DNA of 64,000 nt from Pristiophorus japonicus (Eukaryota): NCBI RefSeq assembly GCF_044704955.1, contig NC_091998.1, positions 58,962,001-59,026,000 of the forward strand, given 5' to 3'. Both the position numbers and the translations under genes were made by a program. Below, in pieces: positions 12,451-24,300 of this stretch. Under the pieces are notes generated by a model. It did not search any database and was not told where the DNA came from. It saw only the letters and a list, made by a program, of their open reading frames with translations. Position 1 is the first letter of the stretch, and the number at the start of each line of letters is the position of its first letter.

Positions 12451-13165
12451 TATAAAAGGGTAGGAGTGTCTGGGAGTACTTTCACACCATGGGTCTGTGT
12501 ACATTTACACAGATTGAGGATGAAATTGCACATGGGCGGTGTCTCACCGGTCTCCCGTTAAACCCTGGGCCCGATGGTCAGTTCCACTGACTTCATCAGA
12601 ATTGAAATAAAAACAGTGAATGCTGGAAATCTCAGCGGGTCAGTAGAATTGAATATCAGATGCAACGGTCGGCAAATGCGATTCTGTCTGTTTTACGTCC
12701 CCCCACCACACACCCCATGTGCATCCCCCATCCCATAATAACCTCATGTGGTCCAACTGATCACACGTACTGTGGACGAGCGGGACGAGCGGGACGAGCT
12801 GGGGAAGTTTATTGTGAGTGCTGTCACTGAGCTCAGTGAACGGACATGCTTCCTGGAAACTTTCTCTCAGGGCAAGTGTGATCTGTATTGTTCACTCGTC
12901 TGTAACCTCTGCAGAAAGGTGCTGGCCGCTGCAATCCGGGGCGGGGAGGCGATACCGAGCTGTGTACTATTGGGTTACCCCGAAACATTGAATGGGTGAG
13001 GACACATTGCACTTTTAAATGTGGCATTCCAGCTGTTTGAAAGACCGGATACATTTCCGGCTTTTGCAACCCTGAAACTGCCTCAGAGAATGTCGCCTGA
13101 CACAATAAACTTGGCTCAATAGACCAGCCACTCCTTCTCTTAGCTTGGATATTTGTTTTTTTATG

Positions 13166-13530
13166 TCAGCTCAGTGGGCAGCACAGTCGCCTCTGAGTTG
13201 TGGGTTCAAGCCCCACTCCAGAAACTTGAGCACATAAATCTAGGCTGACATTGCAGTGCAGTGCTGAGGGAGCTCTGCACTGTCGGAGGTGCCACCTTTT
13301 GGATGAGACATTAAACCGAGAGCCCTCTGCTCTCTCAGGTGGATGTAACAGATCCCATGGCATTATTTGGAAGAACAGTAGAGGAGTTATTCCCAGTGTT
13401 CTGGCCAATATTTATCACTCTGTTTGCTGTTTGTGGGAGCTTGCTGTGCGCAAATTGGCTGCTGCCTTTCCCACATTACAACAGTCACTACACTCCAAAT
13501 GTACTTTGTTGGCTGTAAAACACTTTGAGA
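13166..13530 (+). mobile_element. Deu-domain SINE, 3' end cut by CR1 (copy 31342-31704; complete version 49904-50350)
   Basis: tRNA-like head gctcagtgggcagcac...gggttcaagcccc (A/B boxes) followed by the same body as the other SINEs. Confidence 0.75.
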
Positions 13531-15368
13531 CATAGAAACATAGAAAATAGGTGCAGGAGTAGGCTATTCGGCTCTCGAGCCTGCACCGCCATTCAATAAG
13601 ATCATGGTTGAACATTCCTTCAGTACCCCTTTCCTGCTTTCTCTCCATACCCCTTGATCCCCTTAACCGTAAGGACCATATCTAACTCCCTCTTGAATAT
13701 ATCCAATGAACTGACATCAACAACTCTCTGCGGCAGGGAATTCCACAGGTCAACGCTCTATCAGTGAAGAAGCTTCTCCTCATCTCAGTCCTAAATGGCC
13801 TATCCCTTATCCTAAGACTATGTCCCCTGGTTCTGGACTTCCCCAACATCAAGAACGTTCTTCCTGCATCTATCAGAATCTTATATGTTTCTATGAGATC
13901 CTCTCTCATCCTTCTAAACACCAGTGAATAAAGGCCCAGTTGATCCAGTCTCTCCTCATATGACAGCCCAGCCATCCCTGGAATCAGTCTGGTGAACCTT
14001 CGCTGCACTCCCTCAATAGCAAGAACATCCTTCCTCAGACTAGGAGACCAAAACTGAACACAATATTCCAGGTGAGGCCTCACTAAGGCCCTGTACAACT
14101 GCAGTAAGACCTCCCTGCTCCTATATTCAAATCCCCTAGCTATGAAGGCTAACATACCATTTGCCTTCTTTACCGCCTGCTGTAACTGCGTGCCCACTTT
14201 CAGTGACTGATGAACCGTGACACCCAGGTCTCGTTGCACCTCCCCTTTTTCTAGTCTGCCGCCATTCAAATAATATTCTGCCTTTGTGTTTTTGCCCCCA
14301 AAATGGATAACCCCACATTTATCCACATTATACTGCATCTGCCATGTATTTGCCCACTCACCTAATCTGTCCAAGTCACCCTGCATACTCTTAGTGTCCT
14401 CCTTACAGCTCACACTGCCACCAAGTTTAGTGTCATCTGCAAACTTGGAGATATTACACTCTATTCCTTCATCCAAATCGTGAATGTATATTGTAAAGAG
14501 CTGGGATCCCAGCACTGAGCCGTGCGGCACCCAACTAGTAACTGCCTGCCATTCTGAAAAGGACCCGTTTATCCCGACTCTCTGCTTCCTGTCTGCCAAC
14601 CAGTTCTCTATCCACGTCAGTACATTACCCCCAATACCACGCGCTTTGATTTTGTACACCAATCTCTTATGCAGGACCTTGTCAAAAGCCTTTTGAAAGT
14701 CCAAATACACCACATCCACTGGTTATCCCTTGTCCACTCTACTAGTTACATCCTCAAAAAATTCCAGAAGATTCGTCAAGCATGATTTCCCTTTCATAAA
14801 TTCATGCTGACTTGGTCCGATCCTGTCACTGCTTTCCAAATGGGCTACTATTTGATCCTTAATGATTGATTCCAACATTTTCCCCACTACTGATGTCAGG
14901 CTACCCAGTCTATAATTACCCGCTTTCTCTCTCCCTCCTTTCTTAAAAAGTGGCGTCACATTAGCTACCCTCCCATCCATAGGAACTAATCCAGAGTCGA
15001 TAGATTGTTGGAAAATGATCACCATTGCATCCACTATTTCTAGGGCCACTTCCTTAAGTACTCTGGGATGCAGACTATCAGGACCCGAGATTTATCGGCC
15101 TTTAATCCCATCAATTTCCCTAACACAATTTCCCGCCTAATAAGGATATCTTTCAGTTCCTCATTCTCACTAGACCCACTGTCCGCTAGTACATTCGGAA
15201 GGTTATTTGTATCTTCCTTTATGAAGACAGAACCGATGTATTGGTTCAATTGGTCTGGCATTTCTTTGTTCCCCATTATAAATTCACCTGAATCCGACTG
15301 CAAGGGACCTACATTTGTCTTTACTAATCTTTTTCTCCTCACATATTTATAGAAGCTTTTGAAGTCAG
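13531..15368 (-). mobile_element. CR1-clade (HER1-like) LINE, 5'-truncated, upstream of IL-1b copy 2
   Basis: 345-aa ORF VYLDFQKAFDKV...GSVLG...KFADDTKL...LVRPHLEYCVQFWSP; 8-bp (TTTCTATG)n tail seen as catagaaacatagaaa. Confidence 0.92.
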
Positions 15369-15836
15369 ATCCTCCCCCCTCCACCCCCCCCACACCCCGC
15401 CTCCCTCCACCTTATGGCCCACCAATCCTACCTTGGGCAATACACTGGCATCCCCAGCACAGACTGATTCTTTGATTTGCAGCCTCTGGTACTGAGACTG
15501 TCTGAATTGAGAAGCACAGCGAAATACTGCAGCTTGCTGGAAATCTGAAAACGCAAAGTGCGCCTGCTCGCCAGGTCAAGCAGCATGAGGGGGGAAACCC
15601 TGCCCAGGCTGCAGCAGGGGTATTGGAGGGACGGAAAATTACAGCTACAGTGTGTGATGTGGCTGAGGTTCTGGGCCTCAGTATCATTACACTCAGAGGG
15701 TAAAATGCTGCCTGGATACCCTCAACACAGAACAAGTGTGGCCTTTACTTGTTAAACCTTATGGGGCTTAGCAGGCAGTGAAATGCTTTTGCTTTTCAAA
15801 CTTTGAATGGGTACCAGTGGCGAGAGGGTTAATTTC

Positions 15837-15961
15837 GGGAATATCCACACGCTGAGGAACTTCTAAAGACATTTCTGAAATAATGCACTACGCAATCAAA
15901 AAAATTCCATCCAGGGGAGACCCGCCCTGAGGGAGGAGCATGTGGAGGGCGCTGTGTATAA
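15837..15961 (+). promoter_or_regulatory. Putative IL-1b proximal promoter, copy 2
   Basis: TATAA 15957-15961, 125 bp before the ATG. kappaB-like GGGAATATCC 15837-15846; ETS/PU.1-like GAGGAACT 15854-15861; C/EBP-like TTCTGAAAT 15873-15881 and CTACGCAAT 15888-15896. These factor classes regulate mammalian IL1B; function here is inferred. Confidence 0.6.
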
Positions 15962-16081
15962 GACACGGGCTGAAGGCTGTTTATCAGCACAGCGACACAG
16001 TAATCCTGACAATCTTGAGCACACCGCCAGATATAACCTCAAACAACTGAGAGCGTCAAATCTACCGCGAAGACACGAGGC

Positions 16082-19000
16082 ATGAAGACTGAGGTTGGAC
16101 CCGTGACCATTCCAATGGTTGATAGTGAATCTCGAAGGTAAGATTTTGTTTAGTGTTTAATCCCAAACTGAGCGATGCCAGTCGCTCTCTATCTCTGAAT
16201 CCTGCCCATGTTTGCAGCAACTAAATGATGCTCGCTCTATCCGCAGAACCTTCAGTCACCGCCGCCGCAGGAATTCTCGCCTGACTTCTCCGGTCTCCTG
16301 CCCCCAGCTCAAGGTAAGAATCTTTCACTGGCATTGTATCAACCTGATATTGGTGTGTGGGGGCATGGGGGGGGGGGACATGCATTTTGTTACAGTTACA
16401 GTAAGCTTGAGTTGGTAAATATTACAATGCTCTGAGCGAGCAGAATTCACAATGCAAATTGAACCCTCTTTGGAAATATTTTCTAAGTGCAGAGATTAAA
16501 TTCCCAGGCCCCACCCCACACTCCAGCCCACCAATCCGGGCTGCGAGAGTTTCCTCTGTCTCAGCCCTCACAGAACCAGAGACATTTACAGCACGGAGCG
16601 AGACCATTTGGCCCATCGAATCCGCGCCGGCCGACCAAGAGCAACCCAGCTTAATCCCACTTTCCAGCTCTCGGTCCGTAGCCCTGCAGGTTACGGCACT
16701 TCACGTGCACATCCAAGTATTTTTTAAATGTGGTGAGGGTTTCTGCCTCTACCACCCTTTCAGACAGTGAATTTCAGACCCCCACTACCCTCTGGGTGAA
16801 GACATTTCCCCTCAAATCCCCTTTAAACCTGCTACCAGTCACTGTAAAGCTATGCACCCTGGTTATTATCCCCTCTGCTAAGGAAACAGGTTCTTCCTAT
16901 CCACTCTATCTAGGCCCCTCATAATTTTACACACCTCAATTAGGTCTCCCCTCAGCCTCCTCTGCTCCAAAGAAAACAGACCCAACCTATCCAATCTTCC
17001 CTCACAGCTAAAATTCTCCGTCATGTGCTCCAACTTGCCAGCCACAGGGTATCAGTGTGTGGTGCCTGCAGCGGTTGGGAGGTCCTGTTTCTGCACCAAT
17101 TGCAGTAATTCCAGGCAATCCCCTGAGTGTATCCTGGGCGCAGCTTCTTGTCCATGGTGTTACAGAGACATCGCATTCCTTCATCTCAACTCCCACTAAA
17201 CATGCCTGGGACCCTTGGCATTTCTGGGGGGGCTGGAGGCTGGGGCAAAAAAAGCACATCACCCGCCAACGAGACTGGACTCACCGAATCTAACTGTTTG
17301 CTCATTTTGCAGAGCCTATTTCAAGAGACCTTACCAAAAGTGATGGAGACGAGCACGGCCAATCACCGAGCAGACGGAGAGAGCTACCAGCTAGAAATCA
17401 CCGGGACATCCTCGTCCATAACCACGGCCGGCAATGCAGTACTCTCGCTGGAAAAGGCTGTCATGTTGGTCCTGGCTGTTGAAAAATTCAAGAAAGGGTT
17501 GGGGCGGCCGTCGAGCAATGGCTGGGGACACAAGGGCACTTCCTTCAAGGGCAGCGAGCTGCTCGGGAGCTTCAATGCGCTGGTGGAAGGTAAGAAGCGT
17601 TTCCTTCCAGTGTTGTCATTGGTGCCATGGCCAACTGTGTGAGCAGTGTGGCACCCGGCATCATGGCTGCTGGCTGCTGTGTCAGTGCTTCTGTTGCTGC
17701 TCCCTCATTGTTGCTGGCTCAATATAGTGGCATTGCCCACAGCAGCTGTGGCATTCCCATTGGCGTAAGGATTTGACAAGACAGCCTGGCACCCGGGTAA
17801 CCCGGGCTGGCCAAGAACTGCAGCCTTGCCAGCGCTGCCCAGAGACATATTACACTTCCAGATTGATTTTTTTTCTGATCAATCTCCGTTAATTTGCTGC
17901 GGTGAATAACTGCTTTCGATTTGTGCCAACAGAAGCCATTACCTGCATCAGCTATGACGACACTGAACAGGCGAACAGCTCCTACAGGTTCATGCGGAGT
18001 GAGCGCACGCAGGTGAAGGACGAGCAAGACAAGTCTCTGATGCTGTCGGACAACCTCCAGCTCGTCGCCCTGTTCTTGCAGGAGCCGAAGGACGAAGGTG
18101 GGTCACCTCAGCCCTTGCTCTTTTCTGGAACACTTCAAACAAGGAAAAGTTGGCCAAAGTATTTCAATCTTCCTGTTCGGAAGAAGAATTCTCTCCCGGT
18201 CACTGTCGCTCTTCCTTGCCCCGCCTCTATTCTCTCCCGGCCTCTCCTGACTCCCTGCACAGAGGCTGACTCTTGGCTGGGATATATTTCTACAGGAGTC
18301 ACTCTCCCCCCACCCAGTACCTCACCAACTTGGCCATTCTTACTGTGAGGCCAAAGTGTTGTCAGGCTATTCAGCCATGGGGGAGGCGCATCATAGCCCA
18401 GCCCGACTGATGTATATCCCCAGGATCACTAGATCAGGACCAGGAGCAGGGACCCTGGCCATTTCATCTGCTCCCTGGCGGAGTGTTGCTGAGGCCAATT
18501 GTAATGCACCAGTGCCTGCCTTGGTTAACTTGAACCTGACGACCATCCAGCCTGAATGGCTCAATTCCATTCCAGATGGTGCATTTATCCAGTAATAACT
18601 GGGGAGCTGCACTTTTAGTAATCTTGGTCTCAATATATTCTGACGACAGTACTAACATGTTCCCTCTTTAACTTACAGTAACACTGGATGTGAGGTACTA
18701 CAAGACCGCTGTGAGCACAGAGAATGATTTGCCTGTTGTTCTGGGAATCAACAGGCGGAATCTGTTCCTCTCTTGCACGGGATCACATGACAGACCCAGG
18801 ATGCAGGTGGAGGTAAGGGATTGCACAGTTACCTGACAAATATCACGTCATTGCTACCTGGAGGCTCGGCCTCTTCTGCCAGCCTGCCTGTGTTCATTCT
18901 CTACAACTTACATGTGTCAGAGGATTCAGTCCATGTTTTGCAACCTTCCCTTCACTCTGGCTGTGATGCCCCATGTCCACAATCTGACCAATTTCAACAC

Positions 19001-19870
19001 TGGTTCTGCAGCTTCAGGGAAACCCCCTGCCCATATCTTACAGTCCATCTCCCCTCCTCCTGAAGGTGCTGCCTCTCTCTGCGACACTGGTTCCATGGGT
19101 GCTGGCCACCCTCCACTCACTCGCCCATGGAGCCAATCCTCAGATAGTGTATCAGAAAGCTATTTAACCTGAGGGTGCAGCCCCATAGCCCAATCCTAGC
19201 CTGGCCTGACCTGATACCCAAACATGTACAATCTCCAGCAGGGATCGCTGCACAGTGATCAGGAGCTGGAACCCTGGCATTTTTCCCCCGCCCTATCCCA
19301 GGAATGCTCTGTCCTCTCTCCCCTTCCTGGCCAAAGTCAGCTGGCTTAGAATAGTCCCGGGATCAAGGGCAATCACCCTGTGCATTTGCAGACAGTCAGC
19401 TGACGCGGAGTCTGGGCGGAGCCCTAATATCAGGGTAGCAGCCCTGCCAGGCACAGGAGCTGAATTCCCCAAGAAGGGAATGGGACGGGAAAGGGATGGG
19501 CGGCATTAGGTCTGCCGGCTCAGAACCTCCCACCAACATCAAGAAACCAGCCCCGTGCACACCAACATATCCTGAAATAAAGACCCTTGCAGCTTTTTCA
19601 GCTGAAATATAAATGTATTTCAATGTGTTCCAACCGATGATGTTTCTATTTGCACAGAAATGGGACAAGACTCTGCAGAATATCAGCAGTGCTACCGACC
19701 TGCTCCGCTTCGTGTTCTATAAGAAGGATTCGAGTTCTGGCGAGGACTTTGAGTTTGAATCGGCGATGTACCGGGGCTGGTACATCAGCACGTCCAGAAA
19801 GAGCAAACAGCCTGTGGACATGGACCGGAAGGAGCACCGCAAGAGAATCACAATCTTCACAGCGGAGTGA
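16082..19870 (+). CDS. il1b: Interleukin-1 beta-like gene, copy 2 (complete, 6 coding exons, 303 aa)
   Basis: Exons 16082-16137, 16247-16313, 17313-17589, 17933-18097, 18679-18812, 19658-19870. All introns are GT-AG and phases join (56+67+277+165+134+213=912 nt). Propeptide motifs YQLEIT, LEKAVMLVLAVEKFKK and FKGSELLGSFNALVEE resemble IL1B IQLRIS, FRQAASVVVAMDKLRK and FQENDLSTFFPFIFEE. The mature part has KDEQDKSLM and an IL-1 signature-like FESAMYRGWYIST. No signal peptide. Confidence 0.92.
16572..17020 (-). mobile_element. Old CR1-type 3' fragment in IL-1b intron 2 (also in copies 3 and 4)
   Basis: gaccatttggcccatcga...ttctgcctctaccaccctttcagacagtgaatttcagacccccactaccctctgggtgaa resembles the CR1 3' region. 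Confidence 0.55.
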
Positions 19871-20074
19871 GACCGTCCCGAACTCTCCGCAGTTCACAAC
19901 ACAAACCAGGAGTAGTTGGTTTCGGGAGAGCGTGTGTATGTACTAAGTACAGAATTCGCAATCCATTGAATTACAATCATTTTGGTCATATTGGACTGAA
20001 AAGATTGATGTTGGAATATGTTGGTGAAACACAGGTAGCAATATTTGTTACTGCTTGACTTGTATATTATTTGC

Positions 20075-20224
20075 ATTTAAACTTTAGTGAAACGAAGGTG
20101 TCGTATTTTTGGATCGTGAGGACTAATGATTGTATAAGTTATTCAATATTATTATTTATTATTTAAATTATTGATCCATTTATTGCTATACTGGAAGAGA
20201 AAGCTTCTTCCTTGGTTGATTAAA
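20075..20224 (+). promoter_or_regulatory. 3'UTR AREs and ATTAAA, copy 2
   Basis: Same motifs as copy 1; ATTAAA 20219-20224. Confidence 0.7.
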
Positions 20225-21398
20225 TTTTGAGTTTTCTTTCAAACACATTAGTTTCCTTTTTCATTTTCACACATTTCCTTAAAAATGTTGTTTGGGGTAA
20301 AAAAAAATGAAGCACGCACCATTGCTGCAGTAGGAAAAGCTCTTCCATTCCCAACTGATTCTTTGCAATCTCCACAGTCTCGCGTTTGCTCACTTTTCTC
20401 ACCCTCTGTTGGGCAGCTCCAGAATATTTGTTTTTACATTCTCTCCTGAAGAAAGAAAGACTTCCATTTCTATCGTCGCTTCCACCAGCTCAGGACGTCC
20501 CAAAGCCCTTCGCAGTCAATGAACCATTGTAATGTGGGAAACACAGCAGCCAAATTCCGCACAGCAAGCTCCAAAAACAGCAGTGCAGATAATGAGCAGA
20601 TAATCTGATAGTTAGTGATGTTGATTGAGGGATAAATAATGGCCAGGACACCAGGAAAGCTCCCCCTGCTTTTCTTCAAATGGCACCGTGGGACCTTTTC
20701 TATGCACCTGAGAGGTGGGCCCTCACTTTAACCTCTCATTCAAAAGACGGCCCCTCCGGCAGTGCAGCACTGGGTGTCAGCCTGGATTGTATGCTGAAGT
20801 CTCCGGACTGGAGCTCCGGGACTGAGACGAGAGTGCTGCCACTGAGCCAAGGCTGACACTCGGCAGTATTGGGGGAGGTGCTGCATTCTTGGTCAGGTGC
20901 AGTTTCACAGGCGCTGACCATATTTCTCTATCTCAACTAAGTGACCATTCTTTGTGTATGTATACCAACAGTGTGGGGGTTGTTTCAGCTAAAGGATAAA
21001 ACCAGGCTCTAAATGGGTGAAACGCTAATAATAAATGGGTGACAATTTTGGTCCTAATTGCTGATGGCCATAATTGGAACTTATGCCTGATTACCATAAT
21101 TGGAGGCGCTAAACCAGAAACCGTCAGGTTTAGCACAAGTGCTGATTAGACTCAATTTTAGTGAAGCAGTATATGTGGGCTCCTCGCACCCAATTCCACG
21201 GAAGATGAGGCGTGCGCTGACTGGCACACAGTGACACGTTGCAGGATGGCTTGGACTGAGGGAGGGGGCACGCAGGTTTGTAAGAAATCTTTAAACCCAA
21301 AAAAATTGCAAGTTATAAAAGGGATAATAATTCTGCAAAGAGTAGTCTGCCAACTCAACAGATGAGGGCTCAACAACAACAACAAATTCTATTTATAT

Positions 21399-24300
21399 CA
21401 TCATCATAGGCAGTCCCTCGGAATCGAGGCAGACTTGCTTCCACTCCTAAAGTGAGTCCTTTGGTGGCTGAACCATCGTACACGAGAGCCCCAGACCCTG
21501 TCACAGGGTGGGACAGACATTTGTCGGGGGAAGTGGGGGTGGGACTGATTTACCACACGCTCCTTCCGCTGCCTGCGCCTGACCACTTTTACACTCGTGG
21601 CGTTGAGATTCGAAGAGCTCAATGCCCTCCCGGATGCACTTTCTCCATCTCAGGCGGTCTTGGGCCAGGGACTCCCAGGTGTCAGTGGTGATATCGCACT
21701 TTACCAGGAAGGCTTTGAGGGTGTCCTTGTAACGTTTCCGCTGCCCAGCTTTGGCTCATTTGCCGTGAAGTAGCTCCGCATAGAGAAATTGCTTAGGGAG
21801 TCTCGTGTCTGGCATGCGAAATATGTGGCCTGCCCAGCGAAGCTGATCGAGTGTGGTCATGCTTCAATGCTGAGAATATTAGCCTGGGCAAGGACACTGA
21901 TGTTGGTGCACCTGTCTTCCCAGGGGATTTGCAGGATCTTGCGGAGACATCGTTGGTGATATATCTCCAGCAACTTAAGGTGTCTTCTGTACATCGTCCA
22001 TGCCTCTGATCCATTCAGGAGGGTGGCTATTATGACAGCCCTGTAGACCATGAGCTTGGTGATAGATTTGAGGGCCTGGTCTTCGAACACTCTTTTCCTC
22101 GGGCAGCCAAAGGCTGCACTGGCGCACTGGAGGCGATGTTGAATCTCCACTTCAATGTCTGCCTTTGTTGATAAAAGGCTCTCGAGGTATGGGAAGTGAT
22201 CCACATTGTCGAGGGCCGCGCCATTAATCTTGATGACTGGGGGGGCAGTGCTGTGCGGCGAGGACAGGCTGGTGGAGGACCTTTATCTTACGGATGTTAA
22301 GTGTAAGGCCCATGCTTTCATATGCCTCGGTGAATACATCGACTATATCCTGGAGTTCAGCCTCAGAACGTGCGCAGGCGCAGGCGTCGTCTGCGTACTG
22401 CAGCTCAACAACAGAGGTTGGGATTATCTTGGACCTGGCCTGGAGGCGGCGTAGGTTAAACAGCTTCGCACTGGTTCTGTAGATCCACTCCAGCGGGGAG
22501 CTTGTTGACTGTGAGGTTGAGCATGGCAATGAGGAAGATTGAGAAGAGGGTTGGAGCGATGACACAGCCCTGTTTGACTCCGGTCCGGACGTGGATTGAG
22601 TTTGTAATGGAACCAATGGTAAGGATCACGGCCTGCCTGTCGTCGTGGAGCAGGCGAAGGATGTTGACCAACTTTTGGGAGCATCTAAAATGGAGGAGAA
22701 TGCTCCACATGCCCTCATGATTGACAATGTCAAAGCCTTTGTAAGGTTGAAAAAGGCCATGTATAACGGCTGGCACTGCTCCCTGCATTTTTTCTGCAGC
22801 TGTCGCGCTGCAAAGATCATGTCTGTTGTGCCCCATAGAGGTCGAAATCCGCACTCTAATTCTGGGAGGAGCTCCTCGGCCACAGGGAGAAGTCGATTGA
22901 GGAGAACTCTAGCGACAACCTTCCCAGTGGCTGATAACAGGGAGATTCCCCTGTAGTTGCCGCAGTCGGACTTGACCTTTTTAAAGATGGTCACGATCGC
23001 TGCATCTCTGAGATCTCCCGGCACGCTCTCCTCCCTCCAAATGAGAGAGATGAAGTCATGTATCCGCACCAACAGCGCCTCTCCACCATACCTTAAAGCT
23101 TCAGCAGCAATTCCATCTGCACCCGTAGACATGTTATTTTTGTTCTGTTTTATGGCTTTGCCTACCTCATGCAGCACTGGCATTTCACTGAGGTGGTGTC
23201 GGGTCGCATTCTGCGGGATGGAGTTGAGGACAATCGAGTCAAAGGCAGAGTCTCGATTGAGGAGATCTTCAAAGTGCTCCTTCCAGCGGTCCCTGACAGC
23301 CCCGGTGTCCTTGATGAGTGTTTCCCCGTTCTTGGCCAGGAGTGGGGTGTGGCCTTGGGAGTTTGGACCGTAGGCGGCTTTGGACCATAGGCGGCGTTGA
23401 CTGCAATGAAGAATCCTCGCATATCGTGGCTGTCGGCCAGTTGTTGTATCTCCTGTGCTTTCTCCATCCACCACCTGTTCTTTAGGTCCCGGGTTTTTTG
23501 TTGGACCTCAGCCTTGAGCCGTCTGTAATGTTGTTTTGCAACTCCCGAGTTGGAGTGTTACTTGAGGCTCAGAAATGCTCTCTGCTTATGATCTATTAGT
23601 TCTTGGATCTCCTGATCATTTTTATCAAACCAGTCCTGGTGCTTTCTGGTTGAGTAACCAAGTGTCTCTTCACAGGCACTGGTTATGGAGACCTGGAGGG
23701 AAGACCAAGCACTGTGCGCATTCAGCATCTCAGGGTATTCAAGGCACGCCAGATTAGCTGTGAGGCACTGGCTGTATACGGCTCTCTTAGCTGGGTTTTT
23801 AAGTGTCCTGGTATTAACTTTTTTGGCACTGCTTCTGCTGTCCCCTCTGCTTTGGGGTTATGTTTATATCGATGATGGATCGGATTAGGCGATGGCCGTC
23901 GAGCAGTCGTCAACTTCTGTCATGGCGCGGGTTATGCGCATAACCTTGCGATCCCTGGCTCGGATGATGACATCGTCAAGCAGGTGCCAGTGTTTGAAGC
24001 AAGGGTGTTGCCACGATGCTCTGTATTGTCCCTCAGGTGGAGCAGGCTGTTGGTGATGAGGAGTTTATGTTCTAGACATTTTGTCAGGAGTAGGGTACCG
24101 CTGGAGTTGGCTTTCGCTACCCCCTCTCGGCCAATCACACCTCCCCAGAGGGCTGAATCTTTGTCGACCCTGGCATTAAAGTCATCTAGAAGGATCAATT
24201 TCTCGCCCATTGGGACGTGGGACAGGGATGTCTCGAGGTTGGAATTAAAAACTCTCTTTAGCCTCATCCGTTGCATCGAGTGTTGGGGCGTACACACTGA

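Noticed and set aside
13166-13230. tRNA gene
   Set aside because: The A/B-box-like head continues into a SINE body; no complete cloverleaf.
16211-16246. Alternative exon-2 acceptor tttgcag at 16217
   Set aside because: It would give AGC AAC TAA, an immediate stop; only the 16246 acceptor keeps the frame.
17127-17642. 171-aa ORF as a standalone gene
   Set aside because: It is IL-1b exon 3 plus in-frame intron read-through; splice sites at 17312/17590 delimit the exon. The same applies to ORFs 17902-18348 and 19613-19870.
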